64,000 nt of DNA, from contig JAYWDZ010000336.1 of the NCBI GenBank assembly GCA_043779595.1, forward strand, positions 1,269-65,268, given 5' to 3'. This document shows, piece after piece, positions 61,653-64,000 of this stretch. Within the stretch, counting starts at the first letter, position 1. The number at the start of each line of letters is the position of its first letter. Below the pieces are notes generated by a model. The model made no database searches. It was not told where the DNA came from and saw nothing but the letters and a program-made list of their open reading frames with translations. The stretch comes from Nitrosomonadales bacterium (GTDB taxonomy: Bacteria; Pseudomonadota; Gammaproteobacteria; Burkholderiales; Thiobacillaceae). The position numbers and the translations under genes were made by a program.

Positions 61653-62815
61653 GGCTGGAACAGAGATAGTTGATCTACCTGAGCAGGTTTGACTTTAGGC
61701 AACATGGTTTCCGCGATGGAATAACCGGCAGCGATGAGTGCCTTGTCTTCGTCGCTTGACTCGACAGCATTAGTCCCATCACTGGTAGGTTCTAACCGGA
61801 TCACCTCGCGTGGATCAATGGATTTTTCCTGGAGTAATGCTTCGCTATGAGTCGTAATAAAAACCTGGCGGCGGTATTTGGCCTGACGCTGCATTTGCCA
61901 GATTAATGGATGAATCCGCCGCACAATGTCTTCATTTAAAGACAACTCCGGCTCTTCTAATAAAAGCAAAGTATTGCCTTCCAATAAACTCCACATAATG
62001 CCGAGCAAGCGCAAAGTGCCATCCGAAAATTGGTCTTCACGCTGCCATCCAGCATCGGGGCGCCAATGCTCATAAAGCGCTTCGAGGTGTGGGGCACCTG
62101 TAATTTTGTCGCGCCCCAGGCGAAGTTGACGCATGTTTGGCACACACACACGCAATACTTCTTCAATTTTGGAGAGTCGCGCGTGGCTGACTCTTTCGGG
62201 CGTTTTTGCAATTCGTTCCAGAAAAGCCTGTCCAAAGGGGTCGTCTTCCATGCGATACCCACCTAATTCTTCTGCATGTTTCAAGAGTTGCGGCACTAGG
62301 TGCAGATATGTAACAGACGCGAAGAAATCGGCCACTTCACGAAACTCACGATTGGTGTTGATTTGCTCAAGGTGTGATTGGGTGAGGCGCTCTGGGTCGC
62401 TTTTGTCTTCTTTGTTATTGGGGCGATTCAGTAATAGCTTTCCCTCACTCAAGTCTTCTACCATTTCCTGACTGATAAATGGACGTTGCTGCCCTTTCCC
62501 TTCGCTTTTGAAGGCCAAGGTGTAACGCCAGACCGGAGCGGTATCCACCCGCTCGGATAATTCCAGCTCAATGGAAATTTCTGGATCTTTCCTAGCTAGT
62601 AGGCAGCGCAACTTAGTGATGCCCCCACGATCTTTGACCGCTTTCTGCAAACCACCGCCTTCAGGTTTTGCAACATCGCGCAAGAAACGCATTACATCAA
62701 GAAAATTGGACTTACCAGAGGCGTTTGGGCCAATGACATAGACCCGTTCACGTAAGGCGATATTCACCTTTCTAAAGTTACGCCAGTTTTTTAATTTGAG
62801 TCGAGTTATCAGCAT
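61649..62815 (-). CDS. ABC-type (AAA_21/AAA_15) ATPase
   Basis: LKNWRNF, Walker A GPNASGKSN, signature FSDGTLR, Walker B LLLEEPE, FITTHS; GGAG RBS before the ATG at 62815. Confidence 0.9.
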   Translation of the reverse strand: MLITRLKLKNWRNFRKVNIALRERVYVIGPNASGKSNFLDVMRFLRDVAKPEGGGLQKAVKDRGGITKLRCLLARKDPEISIELELSERVDTAPVWRYTLAFKSEGKGQQRPFISQEMVEDLSEGKLLLNRPNNKEDKSDPERLTQSHLEQINTNREFREVADFFASVTYLHLVPQLLKHAEELGGYRMEDDPFGQAFLERIAKTPERVSHARLSKIEEVLRVCVPNMRQLRLGRDKITGAPHLEALYEHWRPDAGWQREDQFSDGTLRLLGIMWSLLEGNTLLLLEEPELSLNEDIVRRIHPLIWQMQRQAKYRRQVFITTHSEALLQEKSIDPREVIRLEPTSDGTNAVESSDEDKALIAAGYSIAETMLPKVKPAQVDQLSLFQP

Positions 62816-63174
62816 CGTTCTGCTCCAAATCAATAACATTCCACGACGCAATCTCCGGTCGTCAATGGGCTCGGTGGGATCTTGCGGTTACCTCTTACAG
62901 CGAACGGCCGTCTTGCTGCGCCGTGAACTGTATTTGCCAGCCGAATCTTCCCACAACCTTGGCGTCCAGCGATCGAATATTGCTGTGGGATATATATTGG
63001 GCATTGTCTGCTTACTGCTGCAGAACGTTACGATGATGACCCCCACAAGATTAAATCCCTAGGAATGAATCTATCTATCTATGAAGCCTTTCTGCTGGAT
63101 AATCTCCGGCTTAAAACCACAATACCACCGTTGAATCCGTTGGCTGTTAACGCACGATCAGGCAGACTGGCGGC

Positions 63175-64000
63175 ATGACGAACACGAATTATTTTCTAGG
63201 AATAGATTTTGGTACCTCTGGGGCGCGCGCGCAGGTGATCGATGCCAAAGGCCAGAGCGTTTGCGAAGACCACCGCGATTTCGGCACGCTGAACGAATTG
63301 GAGACCGTGGACATCTGGCGCGACGCGCTATGGGATTTGATCTCGGCGTTGCCGCCCGCGATTCGGTCGCAGCTCACCGCGATAGCTATGGACGGCACCT
63401 CCGGCACTGTGCTCGCGTGCGATGCCGACCTCCACCCGCGCCACCCTCCGCTGCTATATAACGATGCCCGCGCGGTTGACGAGGCATGCACGATTCAGCG
63501 CATCGCGCCGGTTGGTCATCCAGCTGCTGCGGTGACGTCCGGCCTTGCAAAAATGCTGTGGCTCAAGCAGCGCATGGGCCTCACTGGTGCTCGGTTGTAT
63601 CTCAACCAGGCGGATTGGCTATCGGGCTTGCTAACCGAGCAAGGCGGATTCACCGATTATCACAACGCGCTGAAAATGGGGCTGGACCTGAATACCTTGG
63701 CTTGGCCGATGTGGATGGGGCAACTAGTTGACGTGAAATATTTGCCGCTGCCCGTGATGCCAGGGTCAAGTCTAGCGACCCTTTCCTCTGCGCGTGCGCG
63801 GTATCTCGGCCTCAACCCCGCGTGCGTAGTGCGTGCCGGGACGACCGATTCCATCGCAGCTTTTCTCGCCTCCGGTGCAAACCAAAGCGGCCAGGCGGTC
63901 ACGTCGCTGGGCAGTACGCTGGTGCTGAAATTGCTCTCCGACACGCGCGTCGAGTCCGCCGAGCATGGGGTGTACAGCCACTGGTTCGGTCCCCGCTGGC
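63175..64000 (+). CDS. FGGY-family carbohydrate kinase (runs off the window)
   Basis: Manual translation MTNTNYFLGIDFGTSGARA..., DGTSGT, LLYND, GTTDSIAAFLA, SLGSTLVLK. Confidence 0.9.
   Translation, partial: MTNTNYFLGIDFGTSGARAQVIDAKGQSVCEDHRDFGTLNELETVDIWRDALWDLISALPPAIRSQLTAIAMDGTSGTVLACDADLHPRHPPLLYNDARAVDEACTIQRIAPVGHPAAAVTSGLAKMLWLKQRMGLTGARLYLNQADWLSGLLTEQGGFTDYHNALKMGLDLNTLAWPMWMGQLVDVKYLPLPVMPGSSLATLSSARARYLGLNPACVVRAGTTDSIAAFLASGANQSGQAVTSLGSTLVLKLLSDTRVESAEHGVYSHWFGPRW

Overview
Chromosomal window from a betaproteobacterium; the gene content (DsrC/TusE-like protein, rhodanese, queA-tgt-yajC-secDF, smc-queF) would fit a Thiobacillus-like sulfur oxidiser, which is an inference. A canonical 28-bp dif site at 54668-54695 marks the replication terminus, and the KOPS motifs I spotted point towards it from both sides. 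Housekeeping genes (hflX, galT, nadC, clpB, mutY, tRNA-Leu(CAA), queA, tgt, yajC, secD, secF, smc, queF, FGGY kinase) alternate with four accessory blocks. (1) An islet after clpB holds a frameshifted DUF6161-like gene, a DUF3800 gene followed directly by a compact structured RNA-like element with twin TTGC-loop hairpins, and a lipoprotein + HExxH secreted pair lying between two copies of a host gene. (2) A ~6.1-kb capsid-less phage-satellite-like element sits in tRNA-Leu; its integrase C-terminus is scrambled by a 33-bp micro-inversion, and it carries an in-frame MuF head-protein remnant and a superinfection-immunity gene. (3) A terminus-proximal block encodes a C39-peptidase/RimK/GCS2 ligase operon, an RND pump and a LysR-linked PQQ-propeller operon. 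(4) An ABC-ATPase + DUF4276-like pair is a candidate defence system. No CRISPR array or rRNA was seen. All family calls come from motif recognition by eye, not database searches.
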